Source: an uncultured bacterium
Lineage (GTDB): Bacteria > Patescibacteriota > Minisyncoccia > UBA6257 > 2-01-FULL-56-20
Direction: 5' to 3'
Length of the DNA stretch: 64,000 bases
NCBI GenBank assembly: GCA_963725235.1
Contig: CAVRXN010000002.1
Span: 442,902 to 506,901 of the forward strand
Shown piece after piece: positions 9,617 to 19,315 of this stretch. The stretch's first letter is position 1; every line of letters starts with the position of its first letter. A program made the position numbers and the translations under genes. A model generated the notes under the pieces. That model searched no databases and was not told the origin of the DNA. It saw only the letters and a program-made list of their open reading frames with translations.

Positions 9617-11113
9617 ATGGCAGCGAAATCGACGGCAAAGCCCAGCGAAACAATCCGTGTCCGGATGGCACCGAGTCCGACCGGGTTTTTGCACATCGGC
9701 ACGGCACGAACGGCACTTTCCAATTTTCTATTTGCCCGAAAAAATGGAGGTGTGTTTATGCTTCGTATTGAAGACACCGATGCCGAACGTTCAAAGACAG
9801 AATTTGAGGTGGAGCTTATCAAAGGATTGCATTGGCTTGGGATAGAATGGGATGAAGGACCCGATTATGTCAATGGCACATTGATTTCGAAAGGATCGTT
9901 TTCGCCATATCGCCAAAGCGAACGGCAGGACATTTATAAAAAATATGTCGATCAACTTTTGGCGGAAAACAAAGCGTATTATTGTTATTGTACGAAGGAA
10001 GAGTTAGAAGCCCAACAGCAAGTCATGCTGGCCAGTGGATTGCCGCCTAAATATAATGGCCATTGTCGCAGCCGAACTGAGCCACCGGCAAATTGGGCAT
10101 CCAGAGTAGTCCGTTTTAAAACGCCTGAAATTAAGGTTTCATTTAAAGATATCATCCGCGACAAAGTCGAATTCGATGCCTCATTAATTGGTGACATGAT
10201 TATTACTCGTTCGGATGGAAGCGTTTTATATAATCTTGCGGTCGTAATAGACGACCATGTGATGAACATCACCCATGTTATCCGAGGCGAAGACCATATT
10301 TCAAACACCCCCAAACAAATTCTTTTCCAGCAAGCTTTGGGATTCTCGACGCCTATGTACGCACATCTGCCGCTTATCCTTAATCCGGACAGAACTAAAT
10401 TTTCTAAGCGGAAAAATAAAGCTTCACTCTTGGACTATCAAAAAGATGGCTATCTGCCCGAAGCCATTATAAACTTTTTGGCCCTCCTCGGTTGGCATCC
10501 GAGCGATGATCGTGAAGTAATGAATATCAATGAACTGATCAGCGAGTTCGACCTTGAACGCGTACAGAAGGCTGGCGCAGTGTTCGACAAGGATAAACTC
10601 GACTGGCTAAATCGTGAGCATATGAAGGCTTATAGCAACACCGAGCTCGCGAAGATGGCAAAGCCTTTTATTGAAAATAAATTTGGGGGCTTACTGCCGA
10701 ACTCACCGGCCTCGGACGACATTTTTATCGAGCGCCTGGTCGCTGTCGAACGGACGCGCGCCAATACGCTCGCTGATTTCGCCGAAGTTGGCGGATTTTT
10801 CTTCCAGTTGCCGAACTATGAGCCGCGGCTTTTAATCTGGAAAGAGGCGCCAATGAAGGATGTCCGCGCTGTTTTAGAAAAAGCGTATGATGCTTTGGAT
10901 GAGTTGTCGCCCGATTCGTTTACACACGAGCCGTTGGCGGCAAAAATTTCCACTTTGATAGGGGAGGGTAACCGCGGTACGGTCCTGTGGCCGCTGCGCG
11001 TTGCCGTGTCCGGTCAACAGTCATCACCGGATCCGATCGACATCATGGAGGTACTGGGGAAGAAAGAATCGCTGGCGCGCGTAAAGATTGCGATTGAGAA
11101 ATTGTCGCAATAG
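9617..11113 (+). CDS. gltX: glutamate--tRNA ligase
   Basis: PSPTGFLHIGTARTAL (HIGH) and KFSKRK (KMSKS). Full-length class I GluRS layout. Confidence 0.95.
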   Translation: MAAKSTAKPSETIRVRMAPSPTGFLHIGTARTALSNFLFARKNGGVFMLRIEDTDAERSKTEFEVELIKGLHWLGIEWDEGPDYVNGTLISKGSFSPYRQSERQDIYKKYVDQLLAENKAYYCYCTKEELEAQQQVMLASGLPPKYNGHCRSRTEPPANWASRVVRFKTPEIKVSFKDIIRDKVEFDASLIGDMIITRSDGSVLYNLAVVIDDHVMNITHVIRGEDHISNTPKQILFQQALGFSTPMYAHLPLILNPDRTKFSKRKNKASLLDYQKDGYLPEAIINFLALLGWHPSDDREVMNINELISEFDLERVQKAGAVFDKDKLDWLNREHMKAYSNTELAKMAKPFIENKFGGLLPNSPASDDIFIERLVAVERTRANTLADFAEVGGFFFQLPNYEPRLLIWKEAPMKDVRAVLEKAYDALDELSPDSFTHEPLAAKISTLIGEGNRGTVLWPLRVAVSGQQSSPDPIDIMEVLGKKESLARVKIAIEKLSQ

Positions 11114-11228
11114 CAATAAATCGATATTACTATCTGGCATAAAAGGTATATTGTGCGACAGATAGTATGTTATCAGAACACTCTCCCCGACCTAGAAAAA
11201 TGGCTGACTTTATGATATAACGATTCTT

Positions 11229-11870
11229 ATGTCCAAAGGCATCGGCTTCGTTATTTTTATTTTCCTCGCGCTTGTCGCATTTAATCTCTTATTCAGTATG
11301 GCTGGCAGATTATTGCCGCCATTTCCATCAATTGCCGTTGCGCAAAACGCGGAAACCGGTGGCAACGCTGGCTCCTATAATCTCCCCTCCGTCGACGTCA
11401 ATTTATTTGCCGCGAATGGTGTCGGTCGCAGCTACATCACGCAAGGCTATGGCCACACCGCCTATGCCTATCTCTATATCGACGGCTGGCATAACGGCAT
11501 CGACTTCGCCGCGAACTTCGGCACGCCGGTCTATTCCCCCGCCGCAGGCGTCGTGCTCGCGACCGTAAACCAGGACGACTATTGTCCGCGCATCGCATTC
11601 GGCGAATATGCTGCGATCGATGATACGACGAATCATTTGGTTTTAGTTTTTTCGCACCTCGGCAATTTCGCCGTCACCCCAAGCGAACATATCGCAAGCG
11701 GCACGCTCATCGGCGACGTCGGCCCAACCGGACTCGAGACGGGTCCACACTTGTTGCTATCCATTTTCCAAGAACAGGGATTCTCGACAAGCACCGCGCA
11801 TGGCTGCGGCCCCTATCCCCAAGGCCACGACGTGAACCCGCTCAATTATCTCGGTTCGGTATATAATTAA
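11229..11870 (+). CDS. M23/LytM-domain protein with degenerate HxH motif
   Basis: N-terminal TM. HNGIDF (HxxxD) is present; GPTGLETGPHLLLS sits where M23 enzymes have GPHLHF. Confidence 0.75.
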   Translation: MSKGIGFVIFIFLALVAFNLLFSMAGRLLPPFPSIAVAQNAETGGNAGSYNLPSVDVNLFAANGVGRSYITQGYGHTAYAYLYIDGWHNGIDFAANFGTPVYSPAAGVVLATVNQDDYCPRIAFGEYAAIDDTTNHLVLVFSHLGNFAVTPSEHIASGTLIGDVGPTGLETGPHLLLSIFQEQGFSTSTAHGCGPYPQGHDVNPLNYLGSVYN

Positions 11871-11873
11871 AGA

Positions 11874-13247
11874 ATGCGTTCGATTTATTTTGTCGGTATC
11901 GGCGGGATCGGCCTATCAGCGCTCGCACGATATTTTAAATTCCATGGTTATACGGTTGCTGGATCAGATTTTGCACGAAGCAACATTACAGATAAATTAA
12001 AGAATGAAGGGATATCGGTTACTATTGGCCATAAAAGAAGGATTATAAATTCAACAATATCATTCGTCGTTTATAGCCGTGCCGTATCTCCCGTAAACAA
12101 CCCTGAACTTCTTGAAGCCCAGCGGCTCGGCGTCCCCATCGTCCCCTACGCCCAGGTTCTCGGCGAATTAACGAAGCGATATACGACAATCGCGATCACC
12201 GGCTCACATGGCAAGAGCACCACAACGGCGCTCGCCGCGCTCGTACTCATCCGCGGCGGTCTCGATCCAACCGTCCTTATCGGCACAAACCTGCGCGAGT
12301 TTGGCGGCAAAAATATCCGCGTTGGCAAAGAACGGCGCGCGCGCGCGAACTACCTCGTTCTCGAAGCCGACGACTTCGGCGCCGCATTTCTCGAATACTC
12401 CCCTACTATTTCGATCGTCACTAATATCGACCGCGAGCATATGGATTTCTATAAGACGTTCGGCGGCGTCAAAAATGCGTTTATAAAATTCATGGCAAGA
12501 ACACGAGATGGCGGCATGTTAATTTTAAATCGCGACGACAAAACACTCTACTCGTTACACACACGAATCGACGAGATCGCAAAAAAGAAAAACGTAAACA
12601 TTATTTGGTATTCAATTACTGCACGCCCGCCAGCAGCAAAAATTAAAAAATCGTTAAAATTGCCCGGCGTGCATAATTTTTCGAATGCAACTGCCGTTTA
12701 TGAACTCGGCAAGTTATTAAAAATTCCTGAAAAGAAAATACTTGCCGCGCTCAGTTCATACGAAGGTGCATGGCGCCGAATGGAATATCGCGGCACCGCT
12801 ATCATCGGCGACGCACCAAAAGAAACCAAAGCCCTCGTCTACGACGACTACGCACATCACCCAACCGAGATCAGCGCAACGCTCCAGGCCTTCCGAGAAA
12901 AATTCCCACACCAGCCCATCGTCTGCGTTTTCCAGCCGCATCAAGCGAAACGCTTACAGGTACTTTTTAAAGAGTTCGTCAACGCCTTTAACGATGCCGA
13001 CCTGCTAATTCTCCTCCCCTTTTATAAAGTTGCTGGACGCGATGAAAAGGAGTCAAGAATCACTTCCGAGCTACTGGCACGCGCGATCGCCAAAAAATAT
13101 CCGCGCAAACGCCTGTATTATCTCGCCGAACCGAAACACATTAAAAAATCATTAAGCACAATAATGCTAGCAGACGGGATAAAAGAGCCGGTTATCATCA
13201 TGATGGGCGCTGGGGACATCCTTAAATACAGCGATTTATTGCTTTAG
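11874..13247 (+). CDS. murC: UDP-N-acetylmuramate--L-alanine ligase MurC
   Basis: IYFVGIGGIGLSALARYF, GSHGKSTTTAL and DDYAHHPTE. Confidence 0.9.
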   Translation: MRSIYFVGIGGIGLSALARYFKFHGYTVAGSDFARSNITDKLKNEGISVTIGHKRRIINSTISFVVYSRAVSPVNNPELLEAQRLGVPIVPYAQVLGELTKRYTTIAITGSHGKSTTTALAALVLIRGGLDPTVLIGTNLREFGGKNIRVGKERRARANYLVLEADDFGAAFLEYSPTISIVTNIDREHMDFYKTFGGVKNAFIKFMARTRDGGMLILNRDDKTLYSLHTRIDEIAKKKNVNIIWYSITARPPAAKIKKSLKLPGVHNFSNATAVYELGKLLKIPEKKILAALSSYEGAWRRMEYRGTAIIGDAPKETKALVYDDYAHHPTEISATLQAFREKFPHQPIVCVFQPHQAKRLQVLFKEFVNAFNDADLLILLPFYKVAGRDEKESRITSELLARAIAKKYPRKRLYYLAEPKHIKKSLSTIMLADGIKEPVIIMMGAGDILKYSDLLL

Positions 13248-13304
13248 GATTCGATTATTTCGTTTCATCTATTTTTAATCGCCGTCGCATGGTAAAATAT
13301 ACAA

Positions 13305-14084
13305 ATGTTCGGCGATTATAAAGACCTTACGGAATTTAAAGAGCAATGCGGCTACACGATCGACGACGTGTGGTATCCGCGCGTCACGAAAATCGTTACG
13401 ATTAAGTCGAAACCGGCACTCTATTATTACTATGGCCAGGCAAAAAGCTATAAAGCGGCACAGGATATGACGGAACAGTCGGCAAAAGAAGGCACGATGA
13501 TCCATGAAGCTGTTGAAGGTTTGATGCTCGGCAAAAATCCAGAGATTCCGGCACAGATTGCACCAGCCGTTAAATCATTCCTCGAATTTTACGAAAAGAA
13601 CAGTATTCAGGTAACACCCGACCTCGTCGAACGACGCATTATAAACCGCGAGCATCGCTATGCCGGCACCGTCGACGCCATTGCCTTGATCGGCGGCAAA
13701 CTCGGCGTCCTCGACATCAAAACTTCGCAAGCGATCTATCGCGACTACTCGCTGCAAACATCGGCATACATGGATGCGCTCAAAGGCGAATTTCGCGCGC
13801 TCCAAACGCGATGGATTTTAAAAATCGACCAGATCCAGACCTGCAACCTCTGCGGCTCGCGGCGGCGGATTAAAGGCGGCAATGAAAAGATCAAGCTGAA
13901 TTATCGGGGCGGTTTCGGCGTTTCGGCAAAGAACTGCGAGCACGAATGGTCCGAACTTCGCGGCGATATCGAACTACAAGAATTCCCCTATTGGCAAAAA
14001 GATTTCGAGGGATTCCTTGGTGCCAAGAAGCTCTGGGAGTGGGAAAACGAAAGCTGGCTCCAGCGGGCCGGTTATCTATCGTAA
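13305..14084 (+). CDS. PD-(D/E)XK nuclease superfamily protein with Cys/His insert
   Basis: GTVDAIALIGGKLGVLDIKTSQ (D..D-x-K core) followed by YSLQTSAY. The insert contains CNLCG...CEHEW. Confidence 0.6.
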   Translation: MFGDYKDLTEFKEQCGYTIDDVWYPRVTKIVTIKSKPALYYYYGQAKSYKAAQDMTEQSAKEGTMIHEAVEGLMLGKNPEIPAQIAPAVKSFLEFYEKNSIQVTPDLVERRIINREHRYAGTVDAIALIGGKLGVLDIKTSQAIYRDYSLQTSAYMDALKGEFRALQTRWILKIDQIQTCNLCGSRRRIKGGNEKIKLNYRGGFGVSAKNCEHEWSELRGDIELQEFPYWQKDFEGFLGAKKLWEWENESWLQRAGYLS

Positions 14085-14184
14085 CTACCGTTCGTAATAA
14101 ACTCTGCTCCGCCAACGTAATAGTTTTTGCAAGCCCGGAAATTAAAGGTCGGTTGAAAACCTGTTCAATTCATACCTTAACCAT

Positions 14185-14337
14185 ATGCTCGTTACGATTG
14201 CAGTTATCTTGCTGATACTTTGGCTGCTTGGTATCGTGACTTCCTACACGATCGGCGGCTTTATCTACATCCTGTTAGTCGCCGCCATCATTCTTTTCCT
14301 TATTCGGATCATACAAGGAAAGAATCCGGTGCAGTAG
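14185..14337 (+). CDS. small two-TM peptide, Lmo0937-family-like
   Basis: Below the ORF-track cutoff. ATG 14185, TAG 14335-14337. Product: MLVTIAVILLILWLLGIVTSYTIGGFIYILLVAAIILFLIRIIQGKNPVQ (50 aa). Confidence 0.55.
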   Translation: MLVTIAVILLILWLLGIVTSYTIGGFIYILLVAAIILFLIRIIQGKNPVQ

Positions 14338-14351
14338 TAAAACAAGTTCAT

Positions 14352-14419
14352 CAGAGAATATATTAAAAAAGAGCGAATCCGTTCTGACGGCTCTTCACTC
14401 TTTTTTAATATATTCTCTG
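14352..14419. terminator. bidirectional terminator hairpin between convergent genes
   Basis: Perfect 22-bp inverted repeat: CAGAGAATATATTAAAAAAGAG (14352-14373) and CTCTTTTTTAATATATTCTCTG (14398-14419). It contains A/T runs on both strands. Confidence 0.7.
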
Positions 14420-14423
14420 GGGC

Positions 14424-16272
14424 TTATTTGTTCCCCGCTCGCTTCCTCTCATTCTCGTTCAAATATTTCTTGCGAATTCGGGTGCTGGTCGGCGTGATCT
14501 CGACGAGTTCGTCATCGCTGATATAATCCAAGCAATCTTCAAGCGACATTATAATCGGCACTTCGAGCTGGTCAGCGAGTCCTTCGTTTTTCGCGCGGAA
14601 GTTGGTTAGCTGTTTCTCACGGGCGACATGGACGAGGACGTCGCCTTCTTTCGCATTCTCGCCAACGACCATGCCTTCATAGACCGCGACGCCAGCGCTG
14701 ATAAAGAGCTTGCCGCGGCCCTGCGCGGTCACGAGGCCATAATTATTCGATACGCCGGCTTCGGTTGCGACGATCGAGCCATGCGGAATCGCCGTGATGT
14801 CGCCACGATAATCCTCATAGCCGAGGAACAGCGTGTTCATAATTCCGGCACCTTTGGTCGCGGTTAAAAATTTGTTTCGGAGGCCGATCAAGCCGCGCGT
14901 CGGGATCTCGAAATCCATAAAGGCGATGCCGCCTGTCGTACTCTGGGTCATAGCTGCGTTATCCACTTTCATATTCTTCATCAAGCCCAAGCCGCTTGCC
15001 CATCATCTCGATCACTGTTCCCGAATACTGCTCCGGCACTTCGATCGATGCAAGTTCGATCGGCTCCTGCTTCGTCGTTTTTCCATCCGCGCCGGTAACA
15101 TCCTTGAAAATAACCTGCGGCTTCGAAACTTCAAGTTCGAATCCTTCGCGGCGCATTTTCTCGATCAAAATCGCCAAATGCAACTCACCGCGTCCAGCAA
15201 CCACCCAACGATCATTCGCATCGGTCTGTTCAACTTTAAGCGCGACGTCGGTATCGAGTTCTTTCTCGAGCCGGTCTTTAATATTGCGCGAAGTCGTGAA
15301 CTTTCCTTCTTTGCCGCGGAACGGCGAAGTGTTGACCGCAAACGTCATCTTGATCGTCGGCTCTTCGATATGAATCGTTGGCAATGGCTGGGGATTCTCC
15401 GGGTCCGTAATCGTTTCGCCGATTGTAACGTCCGGGATACCCGCGATCGCGACGATGTCCCCTGCGTAGGCCTCTTCGACTTCAGCGCGGCCCAAACCAT
15501 CGAAAACCATAACAGAACTCAACTGCACTTTTTTCATCTCGCCCGCGCGATTGATATGGCCAACGGTCGATGCCTTTTTCAAAACGCCGGCATACAAACG
15601 TCCGACAGCAATCTTGCCCTTGTAGTTATCGTACGCCAAATTAACCGTCAGCATTTGCAAAGGTGCGTTAACATCAGCCTTCGGCGCCGGAATATATTTA
15701 ACGATCGTCTCAAACACCGGCTCGATGTCTTTCATCTCTTCGAGGATCGTCGTCAATCCAGCTTTGCCCTGGACGCCCGAGGCATAAACCGTCGGGAATT
15801 CGATCTGCTCTTCGTTCGCACCAAGCTCGAAGAACAAATCGAAGGTCGCCGACAACGCCCATTCCGGCCGTGCGTCCGGCTTATCAATTTTATTTATGAC
15901 CACGATGATTTTGTGTCCCGCTTGAATCGCTTTGCGTAAAACGAATTTCGTTTGCGGCATCGGACCTTCCTTCGCGTCGACGACGAGCAAAACACCGTCA
16001 ACCATGCGCATGATGCGCTCGACTTCACCGCCGAAGTCCGCATGGCCCGGCGTGTCGACGATATTGATCTTGATGTCTTTATAAATGACAGATGCGTTTT
16101 TCGAAAAAATCGTAATACCCCGCTCTCGTTCGAGTTCGTTTGAATCCATGATCAGGTCTTTTGTATCGCCCGTTTTCTGCTTGAAACTAATCGACTGCTT
16201 CAAAAGAGCATCGACGAGAGTCGTCTTGCCGTGGTCGACGTGAGCGATGATGGCGATGTTGCGGAGGTCCAT
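14424..16272 (-). pseudogene. typA: translational GTPase TypA/BipA, frame broken by one extra base (possibly an assembly error)
   Basis: [36 protein letters not shown]. ORFs 14959..16305 and 14424..14990 are the N- and C-terminal parts. Start set at ATG 16272. Confidence 0.9.
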
Positions 16273-16365
16273 AATAGTCAATATAAAGCCGCGCCACAAC
16301 GGCACGGTATGGGGTAATTATATACGAAATGAAGGAAAATTGCAAATATTGGGCCAAACAAAAAG

Positions 16366-16388
16366 CCCCCGACAAATTTCATCGGAGG
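16366..16388 (-). terminator. rho-independent terminator after 16406..17248
   Basis: Minus strand reads CCTCCGA-tgaaatttg-TCGGGGG followed by CTTTTTGTTTGG. Confidence 0.6.
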
Positions 16389-16405
16389 CAAGCTTACTGT
16401 AAAAT

Positions 16406-17248
16406 CTATATCCTACGTTGTTGCTTCTCGAAATCCGGCTCGTCCCAGACCTCGACGTAGTGCTTCTCACCTGCAACTTTTAAGATCAGAAAAGGCTCAT
16501 CTGTTGGCATTCTTCGCCGACAGAGGACATCGACGAAAAACTCTGCTTCCGGCAATCGCTCTTTGATGCGGATTGCGGTGTCGATTGGAAAATCGGGAAT
16601 GAGCTCCGTATACCCCTTTAAAGACATCTCGATCCACTCATAACGATCCGCGTTTTCTGGAGTGACTCGCACCATCACTTCTCTCGTTCGCGGTCGCCTC
16701 GCATACTCGTAGATGATGCTCGATACAATAGTAAGAGCACACAAGCACACAGAGGATAAAAAGAGGTAGCCAGCGAAAGCGTTTGGACCAAACATGAAGA
16801 AAGCGCATGCGCCGATAGCACCGATAAATGGGATGAGCATCCCACAGTAACCAGCGAGGTTTTCAGCGCGACCATCGTCCTTCCACGGAATCCGCTCTTG
16901 GCGAGGAATCATCCGTGCGCCTTCGGCTTTATCGACAGATGCCTCTTTATACTTATAGACAGAACCATGTGAGTACGGCTCGATCTCAAGCTCTTTCAAG
17001 AGTATGCGGACATTTCTTCGGGACAACAGCCGATCACGCTCTTGTTCCGCCCGGCTGATTTCATACTGCCGTTTGTGGTCAGTAAGTTCAATCGCGGAAC
17101 GAAGCTTATCATAACCAAGAAGCGATTTAGCTTTTTGGGCAAGCTCTCGTTGAAGAGGATCGATGACGTCAGGTGGAGGCGTTATCTGAGGAGGCAACTC
17201 CGGAATGGTTACCGGCTGATGCTCCAATAATTCCATTAGATTTTGCAC
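16406..17248 (-). CDS. hypothetical membrane protein (coiled-coil N-terminus, 2 TM, small C-terminal domain)
   Basis: GTG start 5 nt after AAGGAG. Central hydrophobic pair (LIPFIGAIGACAFFMF / YLFLSSVCLCALTIVSSIIY). No family recognised. Confidence 0.5.
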   Translation of the reverse strand: MQNLMELLEHQPVTIPELPPQITPPPDVIDPLQRELAQKAKSLLGYDKLRSAIELTDHKRQYEISRAEQERDRLLSRRNVRILLKELEIEPYSHGSVYKYKEASVDKAEGARMIPRQERIPWKDDGRAENLAGYCGMLIPFIGAIGACAFFMFGPNAFAGYLFLSSVCLCALTIVSSIIYEYARRPRTREVMVRVTPENADRYEWIEMSLKGYTELIPDFPIDTAIRIKERLPEAEFFVDVLCRRRMPTDEPFLILKVAGEKHYVEVWDEPDFEKQQRRI

Positions 17249-17332
17249 GAGATCTCCTTTCAGGGTACCGCAGTTAGATTATATTTTTTGGAGAAAATAG
17301 TCAATTTTTGTTATATGATACATAATAGAGAT

Positions 17333-17854
17333 ATGCCCCTCCCTCCCCTCAACTCCCCTGCTCCCGACTTCACGCTGCCCGACCAGGACGGCGCCGAGCA
17401 CACGCTGTCGCATCATCGCGGCGCGTGGGTGCTGTTGTATTTTTATCCAAAGGACGATACGGCGGGATGCACGAAAGAAGCGTGTATGATCCGAGACGCA
17501 CTGCCAGAGTTCGACAAGGCGGTTGGCGGCGCAGGTGGCAGCACGAGTGCCGGCTCAAGCGCCGGCGCGAAAATGAAAGTGTTCGGCGTCAGCGTCGATT
17601 CGGTCGCCAGCCACAAAAAGTTTGCTGAGAAAAACCAACTGCCGTTTACTCTACTCGCCGACGAAGACAAAAAAGTCGTCAACGCCTATGGCGTTTGGGG
17701 TAAAAAGAAATTTATGGGTAAGGAGTACGAAGGCACGATGCGAACGTCATTTTTAATTGACCCAGATGGAAAAATTGTAAAAATATACGAAAACGTGAAA
17801 CCGGATGCGCACACGAAAGAAGTGCTGGAGGATTTAAGAACGTTTAGAGCTTAA
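17333..17854 (+). CDS. bcp: thiol peroxidase / peroxiredoxin Bcp
   Basis: PAPDFTLPDQDG..LLYFYPKDDTAGCTKEAC..FGVSVDS. Start placed at ATG 17333, 6 nt after CATAAT (17321-17326). Confidence 0.85.
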   Translation: MPLPPLNSPAPDFTLPDQDGAEHTLSHHRGAWVLLYFYPKDDTAGCTKEACMIRDALPEFDKAVGGAGGSTSAGSSAGAKMKVFGVSVDSVASHKKFAEKNQLPFTLLADEDKKVVNAYGVWGKKKFMGKEYEGTMRTSFLIDPDGKIVKIYENVKPDAHTKEVLEDLRTFRA

Positions 17855-18210
17855 GCAGTTGACTCTTCGAGTTTAGTCACACGATTCTCCAATACTTGCA
17901 GTTCTTCTCGATCAGCTTTCTTCGTGTCCAAAAGATCAAATTTCTTATTAAGTTCTTTAACCTCCACTTCAACAACCATTAATCGTGTATCCAACTTTTC
18001 AACACCGACTTCCAATCGGGAAACTGCGCCGTGCAAGCGATCAATCCTCTTATCAGACGATCCCTGCCCTTCCAAAACAGTTTTTAACTGTCCACTGATT
18101 TCCTCCAACACAATCCCCACGTAGGGATCCCGCTCGGCCAAAACCTTCCGCGCCTGCTTTTTTGATATATTTTTGTTAGTCATATTTATTATCATAGAAG
18201 TGGCCCACAA
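17851..18210 (-). CDS. hypothetical coiled-coil protein
   Basis: 119 aa with heptad-like RIDRLHGAVSRLEVGVEKLDTRLMVVEVEVKELNKKFDLL. Lies downstream of mscL on the same strand. Confidence 0.45.
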   Translation of the reverse strand: MWATSMIINMTNKNISKKQARKVLAERDPYVGIVLEEISGQLKTVLEGQGSSDKRIDRLHGAVSRLEVGVEKLDTRLMVVEVEVKELNKKFDLLDTKKADREELQVLENRVTKLEESTA

Positions 18211-18236
18211 TTATGCAAACTTTGTTTAATAAAAAT

Positions 18237-18674
18237 TTAATGAATAGCAGATTGAACACTTGAATCTGTCAAATCACTCGTACAATACATACACTTTTTC
18301 GCGCCAACCGGAATATTGCTCAAGCAATACGGACATGGCTTGGTCGTCGCGGCCGGCGGCGGGCCTTTATGGATGCGCGCGGAGAACTTATTAATCGGCA
18401 GGACGATAAAGAAATAGATCGTAAGTGCCGTGATCAAAAACGAAATCAGATTGTTGATGAAATCGCCGTACATGAACTGGCTGCCACGAAGCATAAAAGT
18501 CATTGTCGCAAAATTCGGCTGCTTGAAAATCGCCGCAACGAGCGGCGTCATCAAATCTTTGACGAGCGCGGAAACGACGCTGTTGAACGCAGCGCCGATC
18601 ATGATACCGACCGCGAGGTCGACGACGTTGCCGCGGACGATGAAATCCTTAAAGCCTTTCAGAACTTCTTTCAT
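18237..18674 (-). CDS. mscL: large-conductance mechanosensitive channel MscL with C-terminal Cys4 ribbon
   Basis: KGFKDFIVRGNVVDLAVGIMIGAAFNSVVSALVKDLMTPL. The C-terminus has CPYC..x11..CMYC. Confidence 0.85.
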   Translation of the reverse strand: MKEVLKGFKDFIVRGNVVDLAVGIMIGAAFNSVVSALVKDLMTPLVAAIFKQPNFATMTFMLRGSQFMYGDFINNLISFLITALTIYFFIVLPINKFSARIHKGPPPAATTKPCPYCLSNIPVGAKKCMYCTSDLTDSSVQSAIH

Positions 18675-19003
18675 TGAGCGGTTTGAATTTCCTCCAGACC
18701 GAGTTCATCCTCGACGCGATCCATGCGAAAACGAAGATTTTCTATTCGCTTACCATGATCAGATTGATTGAACTCATCCCGGATTGCAATTGCCAAATCC
18801 GCTTTAGAAACCATATTTTCGTTTATATTTTTAACGTCTTCCTGTAATTCCTTGATTGCGAATTTTACACCATCTAATTCGACCTTGGTAGCCATATCCC
18901 GACGAACCGTCTTAATTTCGCCGGTGATTTTCTTATCCAACGCCATATAATCCTTATGGATCATGACCGCAAACTCATCCATTGTCTTTATTTTCTTTCT
19001 CAT
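18671..19003 (-). CDS. hypothetical coiled-coil protein
   Basis: 110 aa. 4-nt overlap with the mscL start. Contains VELDGVKFAIKELQEDVKNINENMVSKADL. Confidence 0.45.
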   Translation of the reverse strand: MRKKIKTMDEFAVMIHKDYMALDKKITGEIKTVRRDMATKVELDGVKFAIKELQEDVKNINENMVSKADLAIAIRDEFNQSDHGKRIENLRFRMDRVEDELGLEEIQTAQ

Positions 19004-19096
19004 GATGGTTATAAAATTTAGTTTGTATAAACTAAGTATAGATTTTTGGAAATGGGCGTCAAGAGTGCGGCCGGGAAAACATCGACAAATAATACA

Positions 19097-19120
19097 AAGC
19101 CCTCATTTTCATGAGGGCTT
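19097..19120 (-). terminator. rho-independent terminator
   Basis: Minus strand reads AAGCCCTCAT-gaaa-ATGAGGGCTT followed by TGTATTATTTG. Confidence 0.75.
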
Positions 19121-19138
19121 GGCGATGCGGTTCGGCGG

Positions 19139-19315
19139 CTACGCGCCACCGATCACCGCTGACTGCTGCGCTGCTGCCGGGATGGTCTGCAGCACTGCCG
19201 TCGCCCTATCAAAGAGCGTCAGCAGGAAAACATCCAACGCATGGAGTATCCCCGGTAAAAAAATCCCGAGAATCACGATCACCATGCCGAAAGCGATTGC
19301 GCTTCGCATAGTCAT
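19139..19315 (-). CDS. 58-aa hydrophobic peptide (below ORF-track cutoff)
   Basis: Product MTMRSAIAFGMVIVILGIFLPGILHALDVFLLTLFDRATAVLQTIPAAAQQSAVIGGA. Sits between a consensus promoter with leader and a strong terminator. No obvious SD. Confidence 0.4.
   Translation of the reverse strand: MTMRSAIAFGMVIVILGIFLPGILHALDVFLLTLFDRATAVLQTIPAAAQQSAVIGGA

Noticed and set aside
11129-11170. Inverted repeat TACTATCTG ... CAGATAGTA after gltX
   Set aside because: The 9-bp arms are separated by a loop of about 23 nt and there is no clear U-tract. It is a plausible weak terminator but not strong enough to annotate.
14833-15939. 368-aa ORF on the plus strand
   Set aside because: It is antisense to typA. 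The product is R/F/L-rich and low in complexity with no motifs, a typical shadow ORF in GC-rich coding DNA.
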